Source: an uncultured Planctomycetales bacterium (GTDB lineage: Bacteria; Omnitrophota; Gorgyraeia; Gygaellales; Profunditerraquicolaceae). From it: a DNA stretch of 64,000 bases. The translations under genes and the position numbers were made by a program. Below, one piece after another: positions 46,802-56,030 of the stretch (its first letter is position 1; each line of letters starts with the position of its first letter). The notes beneath the pieces were generated by a model, which was not told the origin of the DNA, searched no databases, and saw only the letters and a list, made by a program, of their open reading frames with translations. The DNA is taken from positions 21,830-85,829 of the forward strand of contig CAZYCL010000004.1 in assembly GCA_964645795.1 (NCBI GenBank). The letters run 5' to 3'.

Positions 46802-47269
46802 ATGTTTTCGGAAGACCAGATCCAGCAGGAGTTGGTCAAAAAATTCAATTTCCTGGAGGGCAAGGTTCTTATTCTGCGCCCCAGAAGGATAAAGCTGGAG
46901 GTTTCCCCGGAGAATTTCTTTGAAGTATTGGAGTTCGTGCTCTATGAGCTGGAATTTAGGCATCTGTGCACGATTACGGGGCTGGATGATAAGGACAGGC
47001 TTTCTATTTTGTATCATCTGGCTCAGGAAAAGGGCAAGATGCTTAATATCAAGTTGAGCGTTCCCAAAAGCGATCCGGTGATCAAGTCTATTATAAGCTA
47101 CTTTCCCGGCGCGGAGGTTTATGAGAGGGAGCTGGTAGACCTTTTAGGCGCTAGGGTCGAAGGCCTGCCGCCGGGTAACCGCTATCCCCTTACCGATGAT
47201 TGGCCTGCAGGCGAGTATCCTTTACGTAAAGACTGGCGCCCGAAGTATGGCGCCGAGAAAGGGTCCTAA
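46802..47269 (+). CDS. NuoC-like (30-kDa) subunit of group-4 hydrogenase
   Basis: Strong RBS 'aagaggag' before the ATG at 46802. 'RYPLTDDWP..EYPLRKDW' is typical of NuoC/HycE N-domains. Confidence 0.6.
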   Translation: MFSEDQIQQELVKKFNFLEGKVLILRPRRIKLEVSPENFFEVLEFVLYELEFRHLCTITGLDDKDRLSILYHLAQEKGKMLNIKLSVPKSDPVIKSIISYFPGAEVYERELVDLLGARVEGLPPGNRYPLTDDWPAGEYPLRKDWRPKYGAEKGS

Positions 47270-47271
47270 AA

Positions 47272-48504
47272 ATGCATAATCAGCGCGATTTTAAAATACC
47301 CATCGGCCCGCAGCATCCTGCTTTAAAGGAGCCGGAGGGCTTCAGCATCGCCCTTAAAGGCGAAAAGATCCTGGGGGTTGATGTCCGGTTAGGCTACAAC
47401 CACCGCGGTATCGAGAAGGCCTGTGAAGAGAGGAGTTATGTGCAGGATGTCTACCTTATCGAGCGCGTCTGCGGGATATGCTCGCATGCCCACTCGACCG
47501 CTTTTGTCCAGGCGGTGGAGGAGATCGCCGGTATTGAAGTGCCTGCCAGGGCTAAATATATCCGCGTCCTGATCGGAGAGCTAGAACGCGTCCACAGCCA
47601 TCTGCTTTGGCTTGGCGTTGCGGGCCACGAGATAGGTTTTGATACGCTGCTTATGTATAGTTGGCGTGACCGCGAGATCGTCATGGACCTTTTCGCCGAG
47701 ATCACCGGCAACCGGGTGCATTACGGGATGAATACCATAGGCGGGGTGAGGCGCGACGTAGACAAGGAGCAGCTTGAGGGCGTCCTGAAAGCCCTGGATA
47801 AGCTCGAAGAGCGGACCAAATATTATATTGAACTTGCGATGGAAGAGCCCACGTTGATCAAGAGGTTAAAAGGCGTAGGAATGCTCTTGCGGGAGGACGC
47901 GCTTAGGCTTGATGCCGTAGGGCCCACGGCCAGGGCTTCGATGGTCGAGCGCGACGTAAGAAAGGACGATCCCTACGCCGCATATGCAGAGCTCGATTTT
48001 AAGGTGATCACCGACGATCACTGCGATGTATACGGCCGCACCATCGTGCGCGTTAAAGAGCTGCTTGAGGCCTATAATATAATGCGCCAGGTCATAAAGA
48101 AGATTCCCGAAGGCCCCATCTCGGTAAGGGCCCCGCGCAAGATTCCCGAAGGAGAGGCTACCAGCCGCTATGAAGCGCCGCGCGGTGAAGACGTACATTA
48201 CGTGCTTTCTAACGGCACGGAGAAGCCCGAAAGGGTAAAGGTCAGGGCCCCCACTTTAGCTAATGTCCAGGCAGTAAAACATATGTTAAGGGACAGGTAT
48301 TTGGCTGATATGCCCATAGTCATCGCGGCGATCGACCCGTGCTTTTCCTGTACGGACAGGTTGGTATCTATAAAAAAGCAAGGCCCGGCCCATAAAAAGA
48401 CCTTTACCTGGGGGCAGCTTCATGAATACAGCATCGGCTGGTACAAGGAGCACGGAATAGATTTCAGCCGTCTTAACCGAAAGTATAGGGACAGGTTGGG
48501 TTAG
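47272..48504 (+). CDS. group-4 [NiFe] hydrogenase large (catalytic) subunit / NuoD-like
   Basis: N-terminal Ni-Fe ligands 'RVCGICSHAH' and C-terminal 'DPCFSCTDR'. A ~45-aa C-terminal extension is consistent with protease processing. Confidence 0.8.
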   Translation: MHNQRDFKIPIGPQHPALKEPEGFSIALKGEKILGVDVRLGYNHRGIEKACEERSYVQDVYLIERVCGICSHAHSTAFVQAVEEIAGIEVPARAKYIRVLIGELERVHSHLLWLGVAGHEIGFDTLLMYSWRDREIVMDLFAEITGNRVHYGMNTIGGVRRDVDKEQLEGVLKALDKLEERTKYYIELAMEEPTLIKRLKGVGMLLREDALRLDAVGPTARASMVERDVRKDDPYAAYAELDFKVITDDHCDVYGRTIVRVKELLEAYNIMRQVIKKIPEGPISVRAPRKIPEGEATSRYEAPRGEDVHYVLSNGTEKPERVKVRAPTLANVQAVKHMLRDRYLADMPIVIAAIDPCFSCTDRLVSIKKQGPAHKKTFTWGQLHEYSIGWYKEHGIDFSRLNRKYRDRLG

Positions 48505-48554
48505 TTAACAGCTGACAGTTCAGGGCATAATATCAAGCGACAGGAACAGATAAA

Positions 48555-49496
48555 ATGATCGAGACGGTTTTCTATATACTGATTTTCCCGGGTTTTGTGT
48601 TCGTAAGCATCTTCGGGCTGCTCGCCGAATTCGTGGACCGCAAGCTTTACGCCCGCCTGCAGAACCGTATCGGCCCGCCGTGGTTCCAGCCGTTGGCGGA
48701 TTTCATAAAATTATCATCCAAAGAGGAGCTCATCCCCTCCGCCGCCAATCCGGTCGTCTTTACCCTGGCGCCGCTCATGGCTTTCTCCGCCTCTGTCAGC
48801 GCTTTTTTATATATTCCGCTCTGGAATCCGCAGCCACTCGCGTCTTTTACGGGCGACGTCATCGTCGTTTTATACCTGTTGACCATTCCCACCCTTTGTT
48901 TCTTCATCGGAGGCTGGTACTCGACTTCACTTTTTTCCAAAATAGGCTCGGCGCGCGCCTTAACGCAGCTTTTTTCCTACGAGGTCCCGCTTTTCATGAG
49001 CATCCTCTCGGCAGCCATGCCTGCCGATTCCTGGTCATTAAAAGAAATTTCCCAGTTTTATATCGGCCATCCCTGGTTCTGCTTTTTTAACTCCATAGGG
49101 TTTTTTGTGGCCCTGGTAGCCCTCCTGGGAAAGCTTGAGAAGGTCCCTTTTGATATACCGGAGGCAGAGACCGAAGTCGTGGCCGGGGCGTTTACCGAGT
49201 ATAGCGGCAGGCTTTATGCCTTCCTCAGGCTGGCGGTGAACGTCGAGATGGTGGTCGGCGCCTCGCTTATGTCGGCGGTCTTCATCCCGTTTGGAATGGC
49301 ATTTGCCCCGCCCTATGCTTTCCTGGCCTACATATTGAAAGTGCTGTTTATCGTAGGGCTCCTGTCTCTTATCAGGGCGGTGGTAGCGCGTTTGCGTATC
49401 GATCAGATGGTCAGCTTCTGCTGGAAGTACCTGGTGCCGCTTTCGGTCATCCAGCTGGTAATAAGCCTGGCATTCAAAGGAGCGATCCTTAAATGA
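48555..49496 (+). CDS. NuoH/HycD-like membrane subunit
   Basis: Eight TM. 'DRKLYARLQNRIGP', 'AETEVVAGAFTEYSG' NuoH signature. Confidence 0.7.
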   Translation: MIETVFYILIFPGFVFVSIFGLLAEFVDRKLYARLQNRIGPPWFQPLADFIKLSSKEELIPSAANPVVFTLAPLMAFSASVSAFLYIPLWNPQPLASFTGDVIVVLYLLTIPTLCFFIGGWYSTSLFSKIGSARALTQLFSYEVPLFMSILSAAMPADSWSLKEISQFYIGHPWFCFFNSIGFFVALVALLGKLEKVPFDIPEAETEVVAGAFTEYSGRLYAFLRLAVNVEMVVGASLMSAVFIPFGMAFAPPYAFLAYILKVLFIVGLLSLIRAVVARLRIDQMVSFCWKYLVPLSVIQLVISLAFKGAILK

Positions 49497-49891
49497 AGAT
49501 GAAGCCTGGAAAGATGATACCTGAGGTTTTGCGCAGCGCCGTAAGAAAACCGGCTACCAACCTATATCCTCACGAAAAGCTTGAGATGCCGGCTAAATTC
49601 CGTGGGAAGCTCAAGTTTTATCCAGAGAAATGCATCGGCTGTAAGCTATGCATGCGCGACTGTCCGTCCGCGGCGATCGTAATCAATAAGCTGGAAGACG
49701 GCAGCTTTGAGGCAGCCATTAACCTGGGCAGATGTATTTATTGCGCCCAGTGCGTCGATACCTGCCCCAAGAAGGCGCTGGAGGCTACGCGTGAAGTGGA
49801 GCTTGCGCAACTCGACGCCAAAAAACTTAAAGTAACCTATAATGCGGGCACTCTCCCTCCAGCTAAAAAACAGGATAAAAAAGAAGAGTAG
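49493..49891 (+). CDS. 2x[4Fe-4S] ferredoxin subunit (NuoI/HycF-like)
   Basis: 'CIGCKLCMRDCP' and 'CIYCAQCVDTCP'. Confidence 0.75.
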   Translation: MKMKPGKMIPEVLRSAVRKPATNLYPHEKLEMPAKFRGKLKFYPEKCIGCKLCMRDCPSAAIVINKLEDGSFEAAINLGRCIYCAQCVDTCPKKALEATREVELAQLDAKKLKVTYNAGTLPPAKKQDKKEE

Positions 49892-50348
49892 GCTTTGTTT
49901 TTTGTGTATCGGCTCGCGGCTGCGGGCAGATGACGCTGCAGGGATGCTGGTCTACGAAAGGCTCTGGCGCTTCGTGCAAAGCCGCGGTTTTTCCAAGCGC
50001 GTGCTGGTTATCGCGGCTGATACAGCGCCCGAGAATTTTACCGGCCAGATCAGGAGATTCCGGCCTTCCTGCCTGGTAATGGTCGATGCGGCTGACACCG
50101 GTAAAGTACCCGGCGAGATCAGCGTGCTTGGCCACGAAGAGATAGCGGGGCTGTCGTTTTGCACGCATAAGCTGCCGCTTAAGATACTGGCGGATTACCT
50201 GGTTAATTCGACGGGCTGCCAAGTCGTGGCCATCGGCATCAAGCCGGGGAAGATAAAATTTGCTCACCGCGTATCAGCCAGGGTAAATAAGGCTGCGGGC
50301 AAGGTTGCGGCAGCCATAAAGGAGCTTTTAACTCAAATAATGTCATGA
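49842..50348 (+). CDS. hydrogenase maturation endopeptidase (HycI/HybD family)
   Basis: 'LCIGSRLRADDAAG' matches protease 'GIGNxLxxDDGxG'. The true start is probably TTG 49902, right after the ferredoxin stop, not the overlapping ATG 49842. Confidence 0.6.
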   Translation: MRALSLQLKNRIKKKSRLCFLCIGSRLRADDAAGMLVYERLWRFVQSRGFSKRVLVIAADTAPENFTGQIRRFRPSCLVMVDAADTGKVPGEISVLGHEEIAGLSFCTHKLPLKILADYLVNSTGCQVVAIGIKPGKIKFAHRVSARVNKAAGKVAAAIKELLTQIMS

Positions 50349-50959
50349 ACGAGACTGCCCTGCAAGACCAGATGATGCGCCTGATCGCGGAGTTCCAGGA
50401 CCTGGGCCTGTTCCTGGCGATGTTTTTGGAGTCAAGCATCGTACCGATACCTTCGGAGGTGGTGGTGATCGGCGCCGGGGCCATAGGGATACCGGTATTA
50501 TCCATTGTCATTTTCGGTTCGCTCGGCTCTACTTTCGGTGCGATGGTCGGCTACCTGCTGGGCAGATACGCGGCGATGCCCGTGATAATAAAGTTCGGCA
50601 AATACATCCTGATCAAGCCCCACCATATCCACCGGGCCGAAGCCTTTGCCAAGAAGTACGGAGTCCCTGGTGTGCTTTTGGGCAGGATGCTGCCGGTGGT
50701 CCCATTTAAAGTTTTTTCCATAGCCGCCGGTATAACCAATATGTCCGTGGTCCCGTTTTTGGTATGCACTCTCATCGGGGTCGTGCCGCGGATGTACGTG
50801 CTTGCGGTATTCGGTTCCCTGCTCTTAAAGTACAAGAAGCCGGCGCTGGTAATTATCCTGGCCGCGGTCCTATTAATTTTCGCTTTTAAAATCAGCAAAA
50901 TGTTTTACAATAATAAACAAGATACAACAAGAGGAGAGAATAATGGAAGCCATACTTAG
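50345..50959 (+). CDS. DedA/SNARE-associated (VTT-domain) membrane protein
   Basis: 'FLESSIVPIPSEVVVIGAG' DedA signature. Four to five TM. Confidence 0.75.
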   Translation: MNETALQDQMMRLIAEFQDLGLFLAMFLESSIVPIPSEVVVIGAGAIGIPVLSIVIFGSLGSTFGAMVGYLLGRYAAMPVIIKFGKYILIKPHHIHRAEAFAKKYGVPGVLLGRMLPVVPFKVFSIAAGITNMSVVPFLVCTLIGVVPRMYVLAVFGSLLLKYKKPALVIILAAVLLIFAFKISKMFYNNKQDTTRGENNGSHT

Positions 50960-51509
50960 AAGAGAGATAATCAAGGACAAGCTAATCTGCCGTCTGTTGG
51001 CAGCGGCGGCCTTTACTGCGCTGACCGCGCTGGGGGCCTATATCCGCATTCCCTTGCCTTTTACCCCCGTACCGCTGACACTGCAGACGTTTTTTGTTTT
51101 GCTGGCCGCGCTGATGATCGGGCCGAGGCTTGCTTCTGCCAGCCAGGTTGCCTACATCGCCTTAGGAGTAATGGGATTGCCGCTTTTTACGCTTTCCGGA
51201 AGCGGCTGGTCGTATCTTTGCGGCCCGACCACGGGTTATCTTTTTGGGTTTATCGGCGCAACCGTCTTTATCGGCAGGCTTTCAGCGCGCGCCGGACAAA
51301 GCCACCTGAGGCTTTTCGTCCTGTTATGCGCCGCGCAATTAATCTTGTTGGCCTGTGGGGCCCTGTGGCTTAAGTTTATAACCGGGGTTTCCTGGCAAAA
51401 GGCATTTTTCATGGGGTTTTTGCCGTTTCTGGCAGGGGATATTCTTAAGGCGGCGGCAGCATCCGCCATCTACCTGAGGATAAGGAGCAGGGCAAGAGAG
51501 ATATTCTAA
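50943..51509 (+). CDS. bioY: BioY-family biotin transporter S-component
   Basis: 'PLTLQTFFVLLAALMIGP' and 'CGPTTGYLFGF' BioY pattern. Confidence 0.7.
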   Translation: MEAILRREIIKDKLICRLLAAAAFTALTALGAYIRIPLPFTPVPLTLQTFFVLLAALMIGPRLASASQVAYIALGVMGLPLFTLSGSGWSYLCGPTTGYLFGFIGATVFIGRLSARAGQSHLRLFVLLCAAQLILLACGALWLKFITGVSWQKAFFMGFLPFLAGDILKAAAASAIYLRIRSRAREIF

Positions 51510-51563
51510 ACCCGTAACCGACGGCTTCGGGGCAGGAGCGTTTTTATTTTAAGGAGGTGGCTC

Positions 51564-52004
51564 GTGATTAAAAAGTGCTTAATCGTGAGCATGGTTTTTG
51601 TTTTGGTGTCTGCTTCCGGGCTTTTGGCTTTCAACAGCACGGGGCAGGACGGCAGCGATACGGTGGCGCAAGAGGAGCCTGAAATACAATGGGTGTGGGG
51701 TGAGGTCGTCCTGGCCGACCCCGTGAGCAACAGGCTCACCGTTAAGTACTTGGATTATGACACTGACCAGGAGAACGAGATGGTCTTTGCGGTCAACGAC
51801 AAGACCACATACGAGAATGCCGTTTTTCTCGGCGACATCAAGCCAGGGTCTCCGGTAGGGGTTGATTACATAATTGACGAAGAAGGTAACGGTATTGCCG
51901 TTAATATAAGCATCGAAAATATCGACTCTTTATCCGCGGAAGCCAACCCCTTGGAAAAGCTGCCTGAGAAAGACGCGCAGGAGATCTGCGCCCAAGACAG
52001 GTAG
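51564..52004 (+). CDS. secreted hypothetical protein
   Basis: Signal peptide (VFVLVSASGLLA), acidic mature region. No family recognised. Confidence 0.3.
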   Translation: MIKKCLIVSMVFVLVSASGLLAFNSTGQDGSDTVAQEEPEIQWVWGEVVLADPVSNRLTVKYLDYDTDQENEMVFAVNDKTTYENAVFLGDIKPGSPVGVDYIIDEEGNGIAVNISIENIDSLSAEANPLEKLPEKDAQEICAQDR

Positions 52005-52236
52005 GCAGGATGCGCCAGGTTCAAGGGTCCTTAATGAGGCAGGGTCTCCCTGCCTCTGTACTTTCGCGGCTAAAAGTTTAACTCCTTAAGTCCTGGTAGA
52101 GCGAAATCCTTGTGCGTAGCGCAAGGACCCTGCCTTTTAGGGCAAGGGCGGTTACTGGCCGCTTCAAGTATTCCGCTTCTGGCAACTCCGTGCCTTAGCC
52201 CGGATAGGGGCTCCATTTTTTAAGAGGAGGCCTTAT

Positions 52237-52875
52237 TTGAGAGACGTGAAACTGGTGATATTCGATCTGGACGGCACGCTTGCCGATGCCTACACGTCAA
52301 TAGCCAGAAGCACCAACTTTGTCCTGCGCGCCCTGGGTTATCCGGACCAGGACCCTGCCAATATCCGCAGGTCAGTCGGCTGGGGGGACAGGAACCTGAT
52401 GTCTTTCTTTGTGCAAGACAAAGATGCCGGCAAGGCCTTGTCTTTGTACCGCCGGCACCATGCCATGGCCCTGCGCAAGCACTCCAAGCTCATGCCCGGC
52501 GCCAGGCCAATCCTGGACTACCTAAAGAAGAAAGGTTATAAGCTTGCCTTGGCCACTAACCGTCCGACTAGATTCTCCCATATCTTGCTAAGGCAGCTTG
52601 GAATACGCAGTTACTTTAGTTGTGTGCTATGCGCGGATAAAATCAAACGCCCAAAACCTGACCCCGAGATCCTGCGCTTGGTAATGGCCAGGCTTGGAGT
52701 GCCCGCGGCCAAGACCCTCTATGTAGGGGATATGGCAATTGATGCGCTCACCGGCAGGCGCGCGCATGTCAAGACCGTGATCGTTACCACCGGCTCTGAC
52801 ACCAGGGCCGCGATCAGGAAAGCAAAGCCGTTTAGCATCATCCGCGGCATCGGCTCGCTCGCCGGTATCCTGTGA
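52237..52875 (+). CDS. HAD-superfamily phosphatase (Gph/GmhB-like)
   Basis: Motif I 'VIFDLDGTLAD', motif II 'ATN' and motif IV 'GDMAIDA'. Confidence 0.65.
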   Translation: MRDVKLVIFDLDGTLADAYTSIARSTNFVLRALGYPDQDPANIRRSVGWGDRNLMSFFVQDKDAGKALSLYRRHHAMALRKHSKLMPGARPILDYLKKKGYKLALATNRPTRFSHILLRQLGIRSYFSCVLCADKIKRPKPDPEILRLVMARLGVPAAKTLYVGDMAIDALTGRRAHVKTVIVTTGSDTRAAIRKAKPFSIIRGIGSLAGIL

Positions 52876-52956
52876 CCCGGTTTAAAATAACTTGCCCAGG
52901 CAATACCTTTATGATATTTTATAAGGACCAGCTTCGCCCCAACCCATAAAACCCCT

Positions 52957-53892
52957 ATGGAAAGAATACTGATCACCGGCGGTGCCGGCTACATCGGTTC
53001 AGTATTGACCGGTTTTCTCCTTCGGCACAAGCATAAAGTGACGGTATTAGACAATCTTTGCTTCCAGCAATCAAGCCTTTTTCATTGCGCCTCAGATGCA
53101 AATTTTGATTTTGTAAGAGGGGATGTCCGCGATGAACGACTGATGCAGGAGATCATCCCCAAGCACGACGTGATCCTGCCTTTGGCGGCACTGGTAGGCA
53201 TGCCCATTTGCGAAAAGGACAAGCCCGGCGCCCGCTCAGTAAACCTCGATGCGATTATCATGCTTAACCGTCTGCGCTCTCGCCAGCAGAAGGTGATCTT
53301 GCCTTGCACCAATAGCGGATACGGCACCAAATCCGGGCAGGTATCTTGTGATGAAGAGACTCCTCTGGAGCCGGTCTCGCTTTACGGCGAAACTAAAGTA
53401 AAGGCGGAAGAGGAGCTTTTAGGCTCTCCTAACGCCATATCCTTGAGGCTGGCAACGGTCTTTGGCCCGTCGCCGCGCATGCGCACCGACCTTTTAGTAA
53501 ATGATTTTGTCTTAAGGGCCCTGACTGACCGGTATCTGGTGATATTCGAAAAGGAGTTCAGGCGCAATTACGTGCACATTGAGGACGTCGCCGAGTGCTT
53601 CCTGTTTTGCCTCAATAATTTTGATTCCATGAAGGGCCAGGCTTATAACGTCGGTCTTAACGACGCCAGCCTCTCCAAGGCAGAGCTCGCCTTAAAGATC
53701 AAAGAGCAGATGCCTGAGCTTTACATCCATTACGCAGAGGTCGGTTACGATCCCGACAAAAGAAACTACGTCGTCTCCAACGCCAAGATCAACCAGAAGG
53801 GTTTTTACGCCAAGCGTTCGCTTGAAGAAGGGATAGGGCAGTTGATAAAACTCTATCGCATGCTGCCGAGAGCGGATTTCAAGAATGTCTGA
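52957..53892 (+). CDS. NAD-dependent sugar epimerase/dehydratase (extended SDR)
   Basis: 'ILITGGAGYIGS' Rossmann and 'YGETKVKAEE' catalytic YxxxK. Confidence 0.7.
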   Translation: MERILITGGAGYIGSVLTGFLLRHKHKVTVLDNLCFQQSSLFHCASDANFDFVRGDVRDERLMQEIIPKHDVILPLAALVGMPICEKDKPGARSVNLDAIIMLNRLRSRQQKVILPCTNSGYGTKSGQVSCDEETPLEPVSLYGETKVKAEEELLGSPNAISLRLATVFGPSPRMRTDLLVNDFVLRALTDRYLVIFEKEFRRNYVHIEDVAECFLFCLNNFDSMKGQAYNVGLNDASLSKAELALKIKEQMPELYIHYAEVGYDPDKRNYVVSNAKINQKGFYAKRSLEEGIGQLIKLYRMLPRADFKNV

Positions 53893-55105
53893 AGGTTATA
53901 CGCTTGACAGATGCCGCGTCTGCGAAGGCCGCCAGTTAAGACCCGTTCTCGATCTGGGCGATCAACCCTGGTGCAACAACTTCTTAAAGCCCGATGAGCT
54001 GGGTAAAGAGCCGCTTTATCCCTTGCGCCTTGTTTACTGCAGCGGTTGTTCGGCCGCGCAGTTGGATTATACCGTGCCCAAAGAGGTGATGTTCGCCGAC
54101 CACACGTATCTGTCGGGGATCACCAGGTCCCTGGACGAGCATTTTAAATCAGTGGCCGGGGAGGTGGACAGGGAATTTTTCAGGCAAGAGAAAGAGAAGT
54201 CCGTCCTGGATATCGGCTCCAACGACGGCACGCAGCTAAGGCATTACCGGGATCTCGGCTACGAAGTCTTAGGGGTGGAGCCTGCCATGACCCCCTGCTC
54301 AATAGCCGTTGACAAAGGCATCCCCACCATTAACGCGTTCTTTAACCTGGAGTTATCCAGAAAGCTGGCCAGGAAGTTCCATGTGGTAAACGCCTCGGGA
54401 GTACTTTTTCACCTCGAGGAGCTTCATTCCGTTATCGAGGGCATACGCCTGGCGCTGCGGCCGGACGGGGTGTTGGTTGCGCAGTTTATATATATGAAGG
54501 CGGTCATGGCTAACTGCGCCTTCGACCAGATATACCACGAGCACTTGCTCTATTATACCCTCTGGACCATAAACAGGCTTTTAAGGCTGCATGGCCTGGA
54601 GTTGTTCGATGCTTACATAAGCCCCATACACGGCGGCTCGGTCATAGGCTTTATTACTCATGCCGCAAGACGGCCGGTTACCGGCCGTCTGATGCGGCTA
54701 TTCAGGGAGGAAGAGGCAAGCGGGGCAAATGATTTCGGCGGCTACAGCGAATTTTCCTCGAGGGTGGCGGGGATGAAAGATAAGAACATCGCCTACCTTC
54801 AGGCCGCCAGAAAAAACAAAAAGAAAGTGTTCGGTTTCGGCGCCCCGGCCAAAGGAAACACCCTTCTGAATTATTTCGGGATAGGCAGCGCTCATATCTG
54901 TTGCCTTGTGGAAAAGAACAGATTGCGCAAAGGCCTTTATTCTCCCGGCGCCCACATACCGGTGGTAATGGAAGAAGAATTAGCGGATACGCCGGATATC
55001 TATTACGTGCTGGCCTGGAACTTCAAGGACGAAATACTCTCAAATAATAAACACCTCCTGGAAAAAGGCGTAGAGTTCTATTTTCCCGTAAACCCTCAAA
55101 CTTAA
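53885..55105 (+). CDS. NDP-sugar C-methyltransferase (TylCIII/CloU-like; N-terminal Zn-ribbon + class I SAM MTase + C-MT C-terminal domain)
   Basis: 'CRVCEG...CSGCSAAQ' Zn ribbon, 'VLDIGSNDG' SAM motif I. Overall 406-aa architecture of sugar 3-C/5-C methyltransferases. Confidence 0.55.
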   Translation: MSEGYTLDRCRVCEGRQLRPVLDLGDQPWCNNFLKPDELGKEPLYPLRLVYCSGCSAAQLDYTVPKEVMFADHTYLSGITRSLDEHFKSVAGEVDREFFRQEKEKSVLDIGSNDGTQLRHYRDLGYEVLGVEPAMTPCSIAVDKGIPTINAFFNLELSRKLARKFHVVNASGVLFHLEELHSVIEGIRLALRPDGVLVAQFIYMKAVMANCAFDQIYHEHLLYYTLWTINRLLRLHGLELFDAYISPIHGGSVIGFITHAARRPVTGRLMRLFREEEASGANDFGGYSEFSSRVAGMKDKNIAYLQAARKNKKKVFGFGAPAKGNTLLNYFGIGSAHICCLVEKNRLRKGLYSPGAHIPVVMEEELADTPDIYYVLAWNFKDEILSNNKHLLEKGVEFYFPVNPQT

Positions 55106-55112
55106 GCCAAGA

Positions 55113-56027
55113 ATGAATATCATTGTCACCGGGGCAAGCGGATTTCTGGGTAGACACCTTTGCAGGCAGCTTAAGGCAGAGGGGCAGAGCCTTACAGAGC
55201 TGGATTCAAAGAACTGCGATCTGACAAAGGGCGAATCGCTGCTCGGTTTTAACGGCGCAAGATACGACCAGATCTATCACCTTGCGGCCTGGACGCAGGC
55301 AGGCGATTTCTGCATGCGCCACTGCGGCCAGCAGTGGCTCGTTAACCAGAAGATCAATACCAGCGTTCTTTCCTGGTGGCAGGAGCATCAGCCGCAGGCA
55401 AAGCTTATCTGTATAGGCTCCAGCTGTGCCTACGATCCGCGCTTACCTTTAAGCGAAGATAATTATCTGCTTGGTTCTGCGGAGAACAGCCTTTACGGCT
55501 ACGCCATGACCAAGCGAATGCTGTATGTAGGCCTGGTTTCCCTGCGGCGGCAATTCGGCTTGACCTATCTTTGCGTCGTCCCGGCCACGCTCTACGGCCC
55601 GGATTACCATACAGACCAGAGGCAGGCGCATTTCATCTTTGATATAATGCATAAGCTTATCAGGGCTAAATTCAGAGACGAGCCGGCCGTATTGTGGGGA
55701 GACGGCCATCAGAAAAGGGAGCTGATTTTCGTCGAAGACTTCGTAAGGCTGCTCCTGAGGCTTAATCAGACCTGTTCCAACGAGCTGGTGAATATCGGCA
55801 CAGGCCGCCAGTACAGCATCCGCCATTATGCCGGGCTTATCTGCGAATACCTGGATTACGATATTAATAAGATCCGTTTTGATGCTTCGGCATACGTGGG
55901 CGCGCGATCAAAATGCCTGTCCGTAAAAAAACTCAGGCGCCTGATAAAAGACGCCTCCTTTATGAGCCTGGAGGCGGGGCTCAAGATCACTCTTGATTGG
56001 TGTAAATCCATTCAACTTGGCCGCTAA
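55113..56027 (+). CDS. GDP-4-keto-6-deoxy-sugar epimerase/reductase (GDP-L-fucose synthase-like SDR)
   Basis: 'IIVTGASGFLG', 'ICIGSSCAYDP' and 'YAMTKRM' (YxxxK) parallel the Fcl/WcaG family. Confidence 0.6.
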   Translation: MNIIVTGASGFLGRHLCRQLKAEGQSLTELDSKNCDLTKGESLLGFNGARYDQIYHLAAWTQAGDFCMRHCGQQWLVNQKINTSVLSWWQEHQPQAKLICIGSSCAYDPRLPLSEDNYLLGSAENSLYGYAMTKRMLYVGLVSLRRQFGLTYLCVVPATLYGPDYHTDQRQAHFIFDIMHKLIRAKFRDEPAVLWGDGHQKRELIFVEDFVRLLLRLNQTCSNELVNIGTGRQYSIRHYAGLICEYLDYDINKIRFDASAYVGARSKCLSVKKLRRLIKDASFMSLEAGLKITLDWCKSIQLGR

Positions 56028-56030
56028 TAT

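Noticed and set aside
49842-49901. ATG 49842 as the start of the hydrogenase maturation protease (overlapping the ferredoxin gene by 50 nt)
   Set aside because: Family alignments begin at the 'LCIGSRLRADDAAG' region, and a TTG at 49902 sits right after the ferredoxin stop. The long overlap is probably an ORF-caller artefact, so the start is left ambiguous.
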